The position numbers and the translations under genes are program-made. A stretch of 64,000 nt of DNA, from NCBI GenBank assembly GCA_001805105.1, contig MHEE01000017.1:24131-88130 (forward strand), given 5' to 3'. Numbering within the stretch: the stretch's first letter is position 1; each line of letters begins with the position of its first letter. A model generated the notes under the pieces. The model was given only the letters and a program-made list of their open reading frames with translations. It did not search any database and was not told the DNA's origin. The stretch is from Nitrospirae bacterium GWF2_44_13. Its GTDB lineage: Bacteria; Nitrospirota; Thermodesulfovibrionia; Thermodesulfovibrionales; UBA1546. Below, in pieces: positions 20,465 to 29,766 of the stretch.

Positions 20465-22138
20465 TTAAGGCTCCACCTTATGCTTTTGCATTTTTTGCGG
20501 CGCATACCATTTCGGAAGATTATAGGTTATGCCGATAGGGGCTGGCTTTATTCCTTTAAACCTTGCATGAACAACCGGCGTTGCATCAGGGACATATAAA
20601 AAAAGATACGGCAGTTCTTCAGCGAGTATTTCCTGAATCCTGAAATATGCCTTTTTCCGCTCTTTCATATTGAATGTCCTTCTGCCTTTTTCAAGGAGCT
20701 CATCAACTTCAGGATTGCTGTAGCTTATGAAATTAAATTCCTTTTCTTTTGTCTTGGATGAATGCCAGATGTCATACTGGTCAGGGTCAAGCCCAATGCT
20801 CCACCCAAGGATTACAGCCTCAAAACGTTTCTTGTCTATAAATTCATTAATGAATGTGGACCATTCAAGCGCCCGTATCTCAACCTTTATACCTACCTTT
20901 GCAAGCCTCCACTGTATAATCGTTGCGGCATTTTTTCTCAGCGTATTGCCCATATTGGTGAAAATCGTGAATCTGAAGGGTATTCCGTCTTTATCCAACA
21001 ACCCATCGCCGTCGGTATCTTCCCAACCTGCCTCTTTAAGAAGTTCTTTTGCCTTCCCGGGATTATATTCATATTTTTTTACATTGGGATTATAAGGCCA
21101 TGTATTCGGGACATAAGGCCCTGTTGCAGGGCTTCCAAGCCCGAACAAAACAACATCAATAAGCTCGCTCTTGTCTATTGCGTATGCTATCGCCTGCCTT
21201 ACACGCTTGTCCTGAAAAAACGGATGTTTAAGGTTAAATCCCATATAGGTATAAGCAAACTGGGGATAGCGGAATTTCTGAAAGTTGTTTTTGAAAAAAT
21301 CCGTGTTCGTCTGCTTTGTATATTGTATCGGCGTCAGCCCCATCATATCTATGCTGCCTGCCTTAAGCTCAAGAAACATTGTTGAAAGGTCGGGGATTAA
21401 CCTGTAAACATACCTGTCTATGTAAGGCCTGCCTTCAAAATACTCTCTGTAAGAATCAAGAATCAACTCCTGTCCCGGAGTCCATCTTTTGAGTTTATAC
21501 GGCCCGAGGCCGACAGGGTTTCTTGTGAACTCGCTCTTTGTTATATCCTTTCCTTCAAGCAGGTGTTTTGGAAGAACAACAATGCCGCTCCATGACGTGA
21601 GCGCAGGCGCAAATGGTTTTCCATATGTGACCCTGAATGTATATTTATTTAAGACTTCGGCTTTTTTAACTTGAAGAAAATCTTCTTTATACGCAGTTGG
21701 TGTTTTTTCATTTACGATTGTATCGTACCCGAATTTTACATCGTCTGCCGTGAACTCAACTCCGTCAGCCCATTTCACGCCTTTTCTCAGATGGAATGTT
21801 ATGACAAGCCCGTCTTTTGAAATATCCCATGATTCCGCGAGGTCACCGATAACGCTGAGGTCAGTGTGGTATTTAACAAGCCCGCTGAACATTAACCCTG
21901 CAATATCATGAGAAGCGCTGTCGCTTGCAAGCATATATATCAGATTGCTCGGCTCTCCGATGGAGCCGACTATCAGCGCATCGCCGTATGCAGGCTCGTT
22001 AGAGTTGTTTTCTGAAATGGTTTTGATTGTCGCCGCAGGTTTCTCTTTACAGCCCATGATATTGACGGCTATTAAAAGGCTTAGAAGAAAAAGAAATGCT
22101 CTTTTTGTCATGCAAGAAAACATGAAGGTATTATACAA
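20465..22138 (-). CDS. ABC transporter substrate-binding lipoprotein, family 5 (OppA/DppA-like)
   Basis: 557 aa with a signal peptide and lipobox (NIMGC) and an SBP_bac_5 architecture. Confidence 0.85.
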   Translation of the reverse strand: MYNTFMFSCMTKRAFLFLLSLLIAVNIMGCKEKPAATIKTISENNSNEPAYGDALIVGSIGEPSNLIYMLASDSASHDIAGLMFSGLVKYHTDLSVIGDLAESWDISKDGLVITFHLRKGVKWADGVEFTADDVKFGYDTIVNEKTPTAYKEDFLQVKKAEVLNKYTFRVTYGKPFAPALTSWSGIVVLPKHLLEGKDITKSEFTRNPVGLGPYKLKRWTPGQELILDSYREYFEGRPYIDRYVYRLIPDLSTMFLELKAGSIDMMGLTPIQYTKQTNTDFFKNNFQKFRYPQFAYTYMGFNLKHPFFQDKRVRQAIAYAIDKSELIDVVLFGLGSPATGPYVPNTWPYNPNVKKYEYNPGKAKELLKEAGWEDTDGDGLLDKDGIPFRFTIFTNMGNTLRKNAATIIQWRLAKVGIKVEIRALEWSTFINEFIDKKRFEAVILGWSIGLDPDQYDIWHSSKTKEKEFNFISYSNPEVDELLEKGRRTFNMKERKKAYFRIQEILAEELPYLFLYVPDATPVVHARFKGIKPAPIGITYNLPKWYAPQKMQKHKVEP

Positions 22139-22183
22139 AAATACAGGTAAGGAATAACTACTCTACGCAAAAGAAAAGTGGAA

Positions 22184-22597
22184 TTATTGCCAGCCTATAG
22201 GTTCGTAGCCTTTTTCCCTAAGACAACGAGACACAAAATTTTTATAGACCTGGCTTGGCTTCAATGATTTTGATATTCCCCTGACAAGGCCGCCGGCTGC
22301 TCCGGCTGCGCCTCCTATTCCTGCGCCTTTACCTATATTCCCTGTGACAGCTCCGACAGAGCCTCCAACAAATGCTCCTGCAGCGCCTCCTGCTGCCGCA
22401 CTGCCAGCCGCATCACCGCCGGGATTTGTCTTGATATATTCGTTGGCAAGACGTTCGCACTCCCCGATATCAATTTCTGCCTGTTCTTTACCGACAGCCT
22501 TTAAATGAGCATTCGGATACAGCACCGGCCCGCCGCTCGTTGCGCATCCTGCAAGAAAGACAAAAATTATTGGAACCAGAAGCAATATTCTAACCAT
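22184..22597 (-). CDS. Glycine-zipper lipoprotein
   Basis: Lipobox LAGC and a Gly/Ala-rich zipper (GSAAAGGAAGAFVGGSVGAVTGNIGKGAGIGGAAGAAGG). Confidence 0.7.
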   Translation of the reverse strand: MVRILLLVPIIFVFLAGCATSGGPVLYPNAHLKAVGKEQAEIDIGECERLANEYIKTNPGGDAAGSAAAGGAAGAFVGGSVGAVTGNIGKGAGIGGAAGAAGGLVRGISKSLKPSQVYKNFVSRCLREKGYEPIGWQ

Positions 22598-22667
22598 GTT
22601 TTCACCTCTTACTTTTCCGTTATCTACTGCCAGATCAGCTTTCAGCGCTCACCCAAAAAATTACGCT

Positions 22668-24458
22668 CTATCCAGTTACAGATATGACTTCTTCATAAGT
22701 TGTAATACCCTCAAGCATCTTCTTTATGGCTGTTTGCCGCAGGTTAACCATGCCGTCTGCTTTTGCAGCATCATAAATCGTGGATAGTCCTGCTTTGTCA
22801 TTTAACAGTCTTTTTAGTTTGTCGGTGAATTCCATCACCTCGAAAATGCCTGTTCTCCCTCTATAGCCCGTGCCACGACATTCAAGACAACCCTCACCAT
22901 AGTATATTTTGTAAGGTTTTTTAACGAGTTGCAGATGATCTATTTCTTCTTCTGTAAGCGCCCCTTCTTTTTTGCAGTAAGGACATATCTTTCTTACCAA
23001 TCTCTGTGCGACTATGCCGATTATAGTTGATGATAGAAGAAAAGCAGGCACCCCAATATCAAGAAGCCTGGTAACAGATGAAGGAGCATCGTTTGTGTGC
23101 AATGTGCTCAGGACAAGATGCCCTGTAAGGGCGGATTGAACTGCGTTCTCTGCAGTTTCTTTATCGCGTATCTCACCAACCATTATAATGTCCGGGTCCT
23201 GCCGGAGGATGGTTCTCAAAATATTGGCAAACGTCACATTAATGGCGGGCTGAACCCCAACCTGATTGAACTCCTCAACAATCATTTCAATCGGCTCTTC
23301 TATAGTAATAATATTCACATCAGGCGACGCCAGCGCCCTAAGCGTAGAATATAATGTGGTGGTTTTGCCGCTGCCTGTGGGACCCGTAACAAGTATGACC
23401 CCATTAGGTCTTCGGATAAAAGAATTGTAGAGCTGGAACTCACGCGGGTAGAATCCGAGATGGTCAATGTCCTGAAGAAGCACCTCAGGGTCGAATATTC
23501 TTATGACAACTTTTTCTCCGAATGCGACAGGAAGCGTTGACACCCTTATTTCTATATCTTTACCGTTATAATTTGTCTTTATTCTTCCGTCCTGGGGTCT
23601 TCTTTTTTCAGCTATATCCATTCTTGAAAGCATCTTTATTCTCGATATAATGGGGGCATGGATAACTTTTGGGATTGTATGAATATAGTGTAATATTCCA
23701 TCTATTCGCAATCTAACAAAAGCCTTTTCTTTTTTAGGTTCAATATGGATATCGCTTGCCCTCTGGTCAAATGCATAATGCAAGAGATATTCCACTGCAT
23801 TTATTATATGCTGGTCCGTTGCTTCTATTTCACCCTGCCCTTTTAGATTGACATACTGCTCAAGACTCCCAAGTTCAAAGATAGACGATGCCTCTGCCTC
23901 CGCTCCTTCAACGGACATGCGGAATCCAAAGAACTCACGCACGATTTTAACTATGTCGCTCTTTGAACTGAGCACGATTTTCACCTTGATCTTCCTTGCG
24001 TTTCCCAAGCTCTCAACAGGTTCAAGATTGAATGGATCGGCAATTGCCAATGTTACAATTCCGTCTTTTTCATCAACAGGAACAACAAGATATCTCATAG
24101 CAAATGGCCGGGACACATAAGAAGTAACTATATCAAGATTCAGTTTTAAGGGATCTATTTTTCTATACTCCACCCCTGTCTCGTCCGCAATAACCTGTGT
24201 AATGGCATCCTCTGTAAGTATTCTGCCCTCTTTTCCATGGATTTCGATATTAAAGGAAGATATTACTTCAGCAGGTAAAATAGGGCATTGCTGCCTGTGG
24301 AGGTGTCTTGGATGCGCAGTATCCTGCAATTTTTGAAGTCTGGCTTTCTGATCACTGCCTTTTAATATTATATTTTTACACTGCTCTTCCGATATAACAC
24401 CACGCTTGAGCAAAGCCTTTGCCACAAATTCTACTGTGAACAGTTTGTTCTTAACCAT
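22668..24458 (-). CDS. GspE/PilB-family type II/IV secretion ATPase
   Basis: 596 aa with Walker A GPTGSGKTTT, Asp/His boxes and a C-terminal tetracysteine (CPYC...CLEC). No other secretion or pilus genes are nearby. Confidence 0.85.
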   Translation of the reverse strand: MVKNKLFTVEFVAKALLKRGVISEEQCKNIILKGSDQKARLQKLQDTAHPRHLHRQQCPILPAEVISSFNIEIHGKEGRILTEDAITQVIADETGVEYRKIDPLKLNLDIVTSYVSRPFAMRYLVVPVDEKDGIVTLAIADPFNLEPVESLGNARKIKVKIVLSSKSDIVKIVREFFGFRMSVEGAEAEASSIFELGSLEQYVNLKGQGEIEATDQHIINAVEYLLHYAFDQRASDIHIEPKKEKAFVRLRIDGILHYIHTIPKVIHAPIISRIKMLSRMDIAEKRRPQDGRIKTNYNGKDIEIRVSTLPVAFGEKVVIRIFDPEVLLQDIDHLGFYPREFQLYNSFIRRPNGVILVTGPTGSGKTTTLYSTLRALASPDVNIITIEEPIEMIVEEFNQVGVQPAINVTFANILRTILRQDPDIIMVGEIRDKETAENAVQSALTGHLVLSTLHTNDAPSSVTRLLDIGVPAFLLSSTIIGIVAQRLVRKICPYCKKEGALTEEEIDHLQLVKKPYKIYYGEGCLECRGTGYRGRTGIFEVMEFTDKLKRLLNDKAGLSTIYDAAKADGMVNLRQTAIKKMLEGITTYEEVISVTG

Positions 24459-24525
24459 TTCGTATTATACAAAAATGTTGAAAGAAGCGGGGATTGCTGT
24501 TTGTATAATCCACTGCTTTCTAATG

Positions 24526-27315
24526 CTACGAATAATACTCCTTCAAATATTTCCCTGTATATGATGTTTTTGATTTGATTATATCCTCGGGTTTTCCTTC
24601 AAATATTATCCTGCCTCCCCTTTCTCCGCCTTCTGGCCCCAAATCAATAATCCAGTCTGATGCCCTGATGACATCAAGGTTATGCTCTATAACCAGCACG
24701 GTATTGCCTGCGTCAACGAGCCTCTGAAGCACGCGAAGCAAAGCCTTTACGTCCGTGAAATGAAGCCCGACTGTAGGCTCGTCAAGGATATAAAGGATTC
24801 CTTTCGGAACAGCTTGGAGTCTTGAGTCATGAGACTGGAGTTCAGAACAGATTTTTATTCTCTGTGACTCGCCTCCTGAAAATGTTGTTGCAGGCTGGCC
24901 AAGCCTGAGATAACCGAGTCCGATGTCTCTCATTAATGACAGCCTGCCTTTAATCTGCGATATGTCAGAAAAAAAATCCGAAGCCTCATCAACCGTCATA
25001 TTCAGGATGTCATTTACATTCCTGCCCTTATAAGTAATCCTCAAAACCTCAGGCTTATATCTTTTCCCTCCGCACTCTTCGCATGTTACATAAAGGTCTT
25101 CAAAGAAATACATCTCCATCTTCTGATACCCCTCGCCCATGCATGTCTCACACCTGCCGCCGGGCACATTGAATGAAAAAAACCCAGGACCGTATCCGTG
25201 CGCCTTTGCCTCATGCTGTTCTGAAAAAAGCCTGCGTATGGGGTCAAACATCTTAAGATAGGTAAGCACATTTGAACGCGGGCTTTTGCCTATCGCAGTC
25301 TGGTCTATAAGTTTTACGTTTCTTATATGTTCCATTCCCATAATATCTTTATATGGCAATGTCCCGACCTGGTCGGGGCCAACCTTAAAATGCCTTGCCA
25401 GCGCCCTATAAAATGTCTCGACCACAAGGCTGCTTTTGCCTGAGCCTGAAACTCCGGTTACTGCTGTAAGCACCCCTGCGGGGATTCTAAAGTCAACAGA
25501 CTTAAGGTTATTGCCGGCAGCTCCGGTCAGCGCTAAATAGTTTCTTGGTGAAATTCTTCTTTTGTCGCCAAATCCCTGTATCTCTGCTTCTTCACCTCTT
25601 AAATATTTTGCAGTTGATGTATCGGTCTTTAAAAACTTTTCCATTGCTCCTGAAAATACAACCTGTCCTCCATTACGCCCGCCGCCGGGGCCAAGCTCCA
25701 CCACCCAGTCAGCAGTTTTGATAATATCTTTGTCATGTTCGACAACGATTATCGTATTCCCAAGCCCTGAGAGTTCCGACATTATCTTTGCAATCCTCTC
25801 TGTGTCCCTTGGATGAAGCCCGACTGTAGGCTCATCAAGCACATAAAGCGTTCCTGTCAGCAGCGAACTGAGCTGGTTTGAAAGATTTACCCTCTGATAT
25901 TCTCCTCCTGAAAGCGTCTTCCCCTGCCTACTGAGACTCAGATAATCAAGGCCGACTCTGTTGAGAAATTGAAGTTTTAGGCTTATCTGCCTGAGAGGTT
26001 CCTTCGCAAGGTCTCTTTGAAATATTGATATGTCGGCATCCGTGAAAAATTTTATAAGCCCTGAAACAGGGAGTTCGCATACCCCGGCAATATCAAGGCC
26101 GGAAATCTTATACGCAAGCGATTCCTTTTTTAGTCTTTTGCCCTTGCAGGCATGACAGACAGCAGCCTTTCTGTGCCTGCTCAGAAATACCCTGACGTGC
26201 AGTTTATATCTTTTTGCCTCAAGCTCCTCAAAAAAATTATCTATGCCGTAGAAATCATCTGTGCCTTTAAAGAGCTTGTCCCTTTCTTCCTTTGAAAGCT
26301 CATTAAAAGGTTTCTTGGTATCAATTCCGGCTTTTTTAGCCCCTGCAATCATCTGTTTTTTCCACCACTTATATCCTGACCTTTCCCATACACCTATGGC
26401 GCCTTCTGAAAGGGAAAGATACTTATCAGGGATTATAAGTTCTTCATCATAGACCAGAATATTCCCGAACCCTTTGCATTCAGGACACGCTCCAATAGGA
26501 TGATTAAATGAGAACAGCAGAGGCGAAGGCTCAGGAAGAGAAACATTGCACTCATCACATACATTTTCTCCTGAAAAACGCAGGGTGATTTTTTCAGCAT
26601 CCTGCAGGATTACAACCGTCGCCTTTTCGTTTCCTTCTTTCCATGCCATCTCTACGGAATCCGAAAGCCTCGGCTCATCTTTTATCACAAGCCTGTCAAG
26701 AACAACAGCAAAGCGCTCAGCATTCAGCGTTCGGCGTTCAGCGTTTTTTTCTGACAGCTGACGGCTGACAGCTGACAACTCAAGTACTTCTCCATCAACC
26801 CATGCCCTGTGAAAACCCCTTTGTTTGAGGCTCTCAAGTGATTCAGAAGAATCGAAGATGACTATTGCCTTGCTTCCTGTATATCTTTCAGTCAATTCCT
26901 TGACCACCTGCGAGGCATCCCATTTCCGTATCTCTTTCCCACACTGCGGGCAAAACGGAGTTGAGATTTTTGAATAAAGAAGCCTCAGAAGGTCATAGAT
27001 TTCCGTGAGTGTTCCAACTGTTGAGCGCGAGCCTTTGACTGGATTTTTCTGCTCAAGCGCTATGGCAGGACGTATATTGTGGATTGCATCAACATCAGGC
27101 CTGTCAAGTTTTTCAAGGAAAAGCCGTGCATAAGTTGAAAGCGATTCAATGAATCTCCACTGCCCTTCTGCAAAGATTGTGTCAAATGCAAGAGATGACT
27201 TGCCTGAGCCTGAGACTCCTGTTACTGCGATGACCTTATCATGCGGAAGGCAGAGCGTGATATTTTTTAGGTTATTCTGCCGCGCACCCTCAATTATAAG
27301 CTCTCTGTTTGGCAT
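24526..27315 (-). CDS. uvrA: Excinuclease ABC subunit A
   Basis: 929 aa with two ABC modules (GVSGSGKSS twice), the LSGGE signature twice, and zinc-finger cysteines. Confidence 0.95.
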   Translation of the reverse strand: MPNRELIIEGARQNNLKNITLCLPHDKVIAVTGVSGSGKSSLAFDTIFAEGQWRFIESLSTYARLFLEKLDRPDVDAIHNIRPAIALEQKNPVKGSRSTVGTLTEIYDLLRLLYSKISTPFCPQCGKEIRKWDASQVVKELTERYTGSKAIVIFDSSESLESLKQRGFHRAWVDGEVLELSAVSRQLSEKNAERRTLNAERFAVVLDRLVIKDEPRLSDSVEMAWKEGNEKATVVILQDAEKITLRFSGENVCDECNVSLPEPSPLLFSFNHPIGACPECKGFGNILVYDEELIIPDKYLSLSEGAIGVWERSGYKWWKKQMIAGAKKAGIDTKKPFNELSKEERDKLFKGTDDFYGIDNFFEELEAKRYKLHVRVFLSRHRKAAVCHACKGKRLKKESLAYKISGLDIAGVCELPVSGLIKFFTDADISIFQRDLAKEPLRQISLKLQFLNRVGLDYLSLSRQGKTLSGGEYQRVNLSNQLSSLLTGTLYVLDEPTVGLHPRDTERIAKIMSELSGLGNTIIVVEHDKDIIKTADWVVELGPGGGRNGGQVVFSGAMEKFLKTDTSTAKYLRGEEAEIQGFGDKRRISPRNYLALTGAAGNNLKSVDFRIPAGVLTAVTGVSGSGKSSLVVETFYRALARHFKVGPDQVGTLPYKDIMGMEHIRNVKLIDQTAIGKSPRSNVLTYLKMFDPIRRLFSEQHEAKAHGYGPGFFSFNVPGGRCETCMGEGYQKMEMYFFEDLYVTCEECGGKRYKPEVLRITYKGRNVNDILNMTVDEASDFFSDISQIKGRLSLMRDIGLGYLRLGQPATTFSGGESQRIKICSELQSHDSRLQAVPKGILYILDEPTVGLHFTDVKALLRVLQRLVDAGNTVLVIEHNLDVIRASDWIIDLGPEGGERGGRIIFEGKPEDIIKSKTSYTGKYLKEYYS
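26715..26778. repeat. Inverted double heptamer array inside uvrA
   Basis: The left array is gctcagc attcagc gttcggc gttcagc, followed by a T7 run, then the right array ctgacag ctgacgg ctgacag ctgacaa. The arms are complementary at about 5 of 7 positions per unit. Read on the minus strand as SAVSRQLSEKNAERRTLNAER. Confidence 0.85.
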
Positions 27316-27423
27316 CCTGATATTTTAACATACAGGATTTAACACGGAAGGTGCGGTTGAATTATTTTTATGGCAGGCATCAGGCATGTGTAAGGAGACA
27401 GGCACAGCCTCCTTGAAGGATTT

Positions 27424-29064
27424 TTACATCCTTTCAGGAGCGCTGAGTCCCAATATCTCAAAACCGTCCTTCAGGACAATCCTCACTGCCTCGCATAAAG
27501 CAAGCCTTGCCTTGGTCAGATTGGCATCGTCTGTTACCACCTTATGCCTGTGATAGTAAGGGTGAAACATCCCTGCGAGTTCTTGAAGATAAAATGTTAT
27601 CCTGTGCGGCTCATGCGCAATGACAGCCCCTTCAAATGCCATCTGATATGCAAGCAGTTTCTTTATTATCCTTATCTCCTCAGGAAGAGATAAAAGGCTG
27701 AGATCCGCTTCATCCGGTTTTTCAACATTTATCCCCTGCTCCTTTGCGTGAGAGAATATGCTGTTTATGCGCGCATTTGCATACTGCACATAAAAAACAG
27801 GGTTTTCCGCTGACTGTGCTTTTGCAACCTCGAGGTCAAATTCAAGGTGGCTGTCAGGACGCCGCGTGAGGAATATGAACTTTGTCGTATCTGCGCCAAC
27901 TTCGTCAATCACCTCTTTCAGAGTCACAAATTCCCCTGCCCTCTTTGACATTTGAACAGGCCTGCCGCCTCTAAGCAGCGAAACCATCTGGACCAGCAAA
28001 ACCTTCAGCCTTTCCTTTGGATAACCGAGCGCCTGAATCACAGCCTGTATCCTTGGAATATACCCGTGATGGTCGGCGCCCCAAATGTCTATAAGCTCAT
28101 CAAATTCTTTCTCCACCTTATTCCTGTGGTATGCAATGTCAGGCGCAAAATAAGTATACTCTCCGTCTTTTTTAATCACGACCCTGTCCTTGTCATCTCC
28201 GAATACGGTTGACCTGAACCACACTGCGCCGTCTTCTTCATAGATGTAATCACGCTCTTTCAGGTCATTTATAGACTGCATCACCTCTCCTCTTTCATAA
28301 AGCTCTCGCTCGCTCTGCCATGTGTCAAAAGTAATGCCGAATTCCTTTAAGTCCTGCTTTATGCCCTCAAGCATCAGCCTGTAAGAAAAATCCGTAAAAA
28401 ATTCTCCCGCCTCTTCGATGGATGCCTCTGCATATTTATTGCCGTAATTCTTTATTGCTTTGTTTGCAATGTCCTCGATGTAAAAACCCTTATAGCCGTC
28501 TTCAGGAGAAGGATAATCTATGCCGAGCAGTTGGTTATATCGCGCAAATACTGAAAGCCCCAACAGCTTCACCTGTCTTCCCGCATCATTTACATAGAAC
28601 TCCTTTTCAACTTTATAGCCTGCAGCGCTCAGCAGATTTGACAATGCAGAGCCGACAGCAGCGCCCCTGCCGTGTCCGAGGTGAAGGGGCCCTGTGGGGT
28701 TTGCGCTTACGAATTCAATCTGGATTCTCCTGCCTTTTCCGATATCAGCTCTCAAAAACCCAGAGCTGTCTTTTATCAGGCTTTTTAACTCTGAATAAAT
28801 GTATTGCCTTGAGAATGTAAAATTGATGAACCCGGGCCCTGCAATGTCTATTTTCTCAAAAACATCTTTTTCAGCAATGGCATTTACAATATCTTCCGCT
28901 ATCTTCCTTGGCGGTTTTTTGAGGATTTTTGACAAAGACATTGCAGCAGGGGTCGCAAGGTCGCCGAATGACTCTTCCTTCGGCAATTCTATAGCTATCT
29001 CAGGAACAGCGAGGCCAAGCTGTTTAACTGCGCTCTCTATGATGTCATGCAGTTTCTTTTTCAT
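27424..29064 (-). CDS. argS: Arginine--tRNA ligase
   Basis: 546 aa with a HIGH-type motif (PTGPLHLGHGR) and a C-terminal DALR anticodon-binding domain. Confidence 0.95.
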   Translation of the reverse strand: MKKKLHDIIESAVKQLGLAVPEIAIELPKEESFGDLATPAAMSLSKILKKPPRKIAEDIVNAIAEKDVFEKIDIAGPGFINFTFSRQYIYSELKSLIKDSSGFLRADIGKGRRIQIEFVSANPTGPLHLGHGRGAAVGSALSNLLSAAGYKVEKEFYVNDAGRQVKLLGLSVFARYNQLLGIDYPSPEDGYKGFYIEDIANKAIKNYGNKYAEASIEEAGEFFTDFSYRLMLEGIKQDLKEFGITFDTWQSERELYERGEVMQSINDLKERDYIYEEDGAVWFRSTVFGDDKDRVVIKKDGEYTYFAPDIAYHRNKVEKEFDELIDIWGADHHGYIPRIQAVIQALGYPKERLKVLLVQMVSLLRGGRPVQMSKRAGEFVTLKEVIDEVGADTTKFIFLTRRPDSHLEFDLEVAKAQSAENPVFYVQYANARINSIFSHAKEQGINVEKPDEADLSLLSLPEEIRIIKKLLAYQMAFEGAVIAHEPHRITFYLQELAGMFHPYYHRHKVVTDDANLTKARLALCEAVRIVLKDGFEILGLSAPERM

Positions 29065-29122
29065 GGAGATTAAGTTTACCCCGTTGCAGCAAAAAACATC
29101 AATATTGTCCTAAGCGATAAAC

Positions 29123-29152
29123 TTGACACTAACTGATAATTTAGGTTATTTT
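29123..29152 (+). promoter_or_regulatory. Putative sigma70 promoter for the tRNA-Ile/tRNA-Ala/5S cluster
   Basis: TTGACA at 29123-29128, with TATTTT or TTATTT 17-18 nt downstream, about 60 nt before tRNA-Ile. Confidence 0.45.
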
Positions 29153-29210
29153 AATCACTCTGGTTTTTGCTCTTTTAAAGTTATTTGCGGCCGGTAAGGT
29201 GGTTTTGTTT

Positions 29211-29287
29211 GGGCCTATAGCTCAGATGGTTAGAGCGCGCGCCTGATAAGCGCGAGGTCGATGGTTCGATTCCACCTAGGCCCACCA
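29211..29287 (+). tRNA. tRNA-Ile (anticodon GAT)
   Basis: GGGCCTATAGCTCAGATGGTTAGAGC..., anticodon loop CTGATAA, T arm GGTTCGATTCC and an encoded CCA. Confidence 0.95.
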
Positions 29288-29288
29288 C

Positions 29289-29361
29289 GGGGGTGTAGCT
29301 CAGCTGGGAGAGCGCCTGGTTTGCAACCAGGAGGTCATCGGTTCGATCCCGTTCACCTCCA
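29289..29361 (+). tRNA. tRNA-Ala (anticodon TGC)
   Basis: GGGGGTGTAGCTCAGCTGGGAGAGC, anticodon loop TTTGCAA, and the G3-U70 identity pair (GGGGGTG/CACCTCC). No CCA is encoded. It starts 1 nt after tRNA-Ile. Confidence 0.95.
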
Positions 29362-29417
29362 CTTGATTTTTTCTATTTTTAACTGTTATTGTATAACCGC
29401 TTCTCAGAAATAAACTT

Positions 29418-29533
<116 letters not shown>

Positions 29534-29542
29534 TTAAAGAAA

Positions 29543-29569
29543 AGCCCCGATAATATCGGGGCTTTTTTA
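29543..29569 (+). terminator. Rho-independent terminator after 5S
   Basis: AGCCCCGAT-aat-ATCGGGGCT followed by TTTTTT. Confidence 0.85.
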
Positions 29570-29683
29570 TTTCCCGCCCCGCATAATTATTTCATTACTT
29601 ATATCGCACGCGATATAATATTCAACAGAAAATTATTTGCTTTATTTTTCAATCAGTTAAGCAGGCCTTCAGGTAGATTTTTC

Positions 29684-29752
29684 TTGACAGAATGTCCCCA
29701 ACCCCATAAAATCTAACAAAAAGACGCACACGGCATAAAAGATAATGTTAGC
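29684..29752 (+). promoter_or_regulatory. Near-consensus sigma70 promoter plus conserved leader module (copy 1)
   Basis: TTGACA-17 nt-TAAAAT, then CTAACAAAAAG...ATAAAAGATAATGTTAGC. Homologous to 48585-48652. Confidence 0.6.
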
Positions 29753-29766
29753 TTCACAATAATAAG

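Noticed and set aside
22668-24458. The solitary GspE/PilB ATPase considered as part of a novel secretion or defence system
   Set aside because: The neighbouring genes (a lipoprotein and uvrA) give no functional link, and the protein has the standard motifs. The partner genes are presumably elsewhere.
29713-29753. ATCTAAC...TGTTAGC considered as a full attC site
   Set aside because: It is only about 41 nt. Apart from the terminal CTAACA/TGTTAG pairing there is no internal L''/L' stem. I treat it as a possible attC remnant inside the promoter-leader module, not as a functional site.
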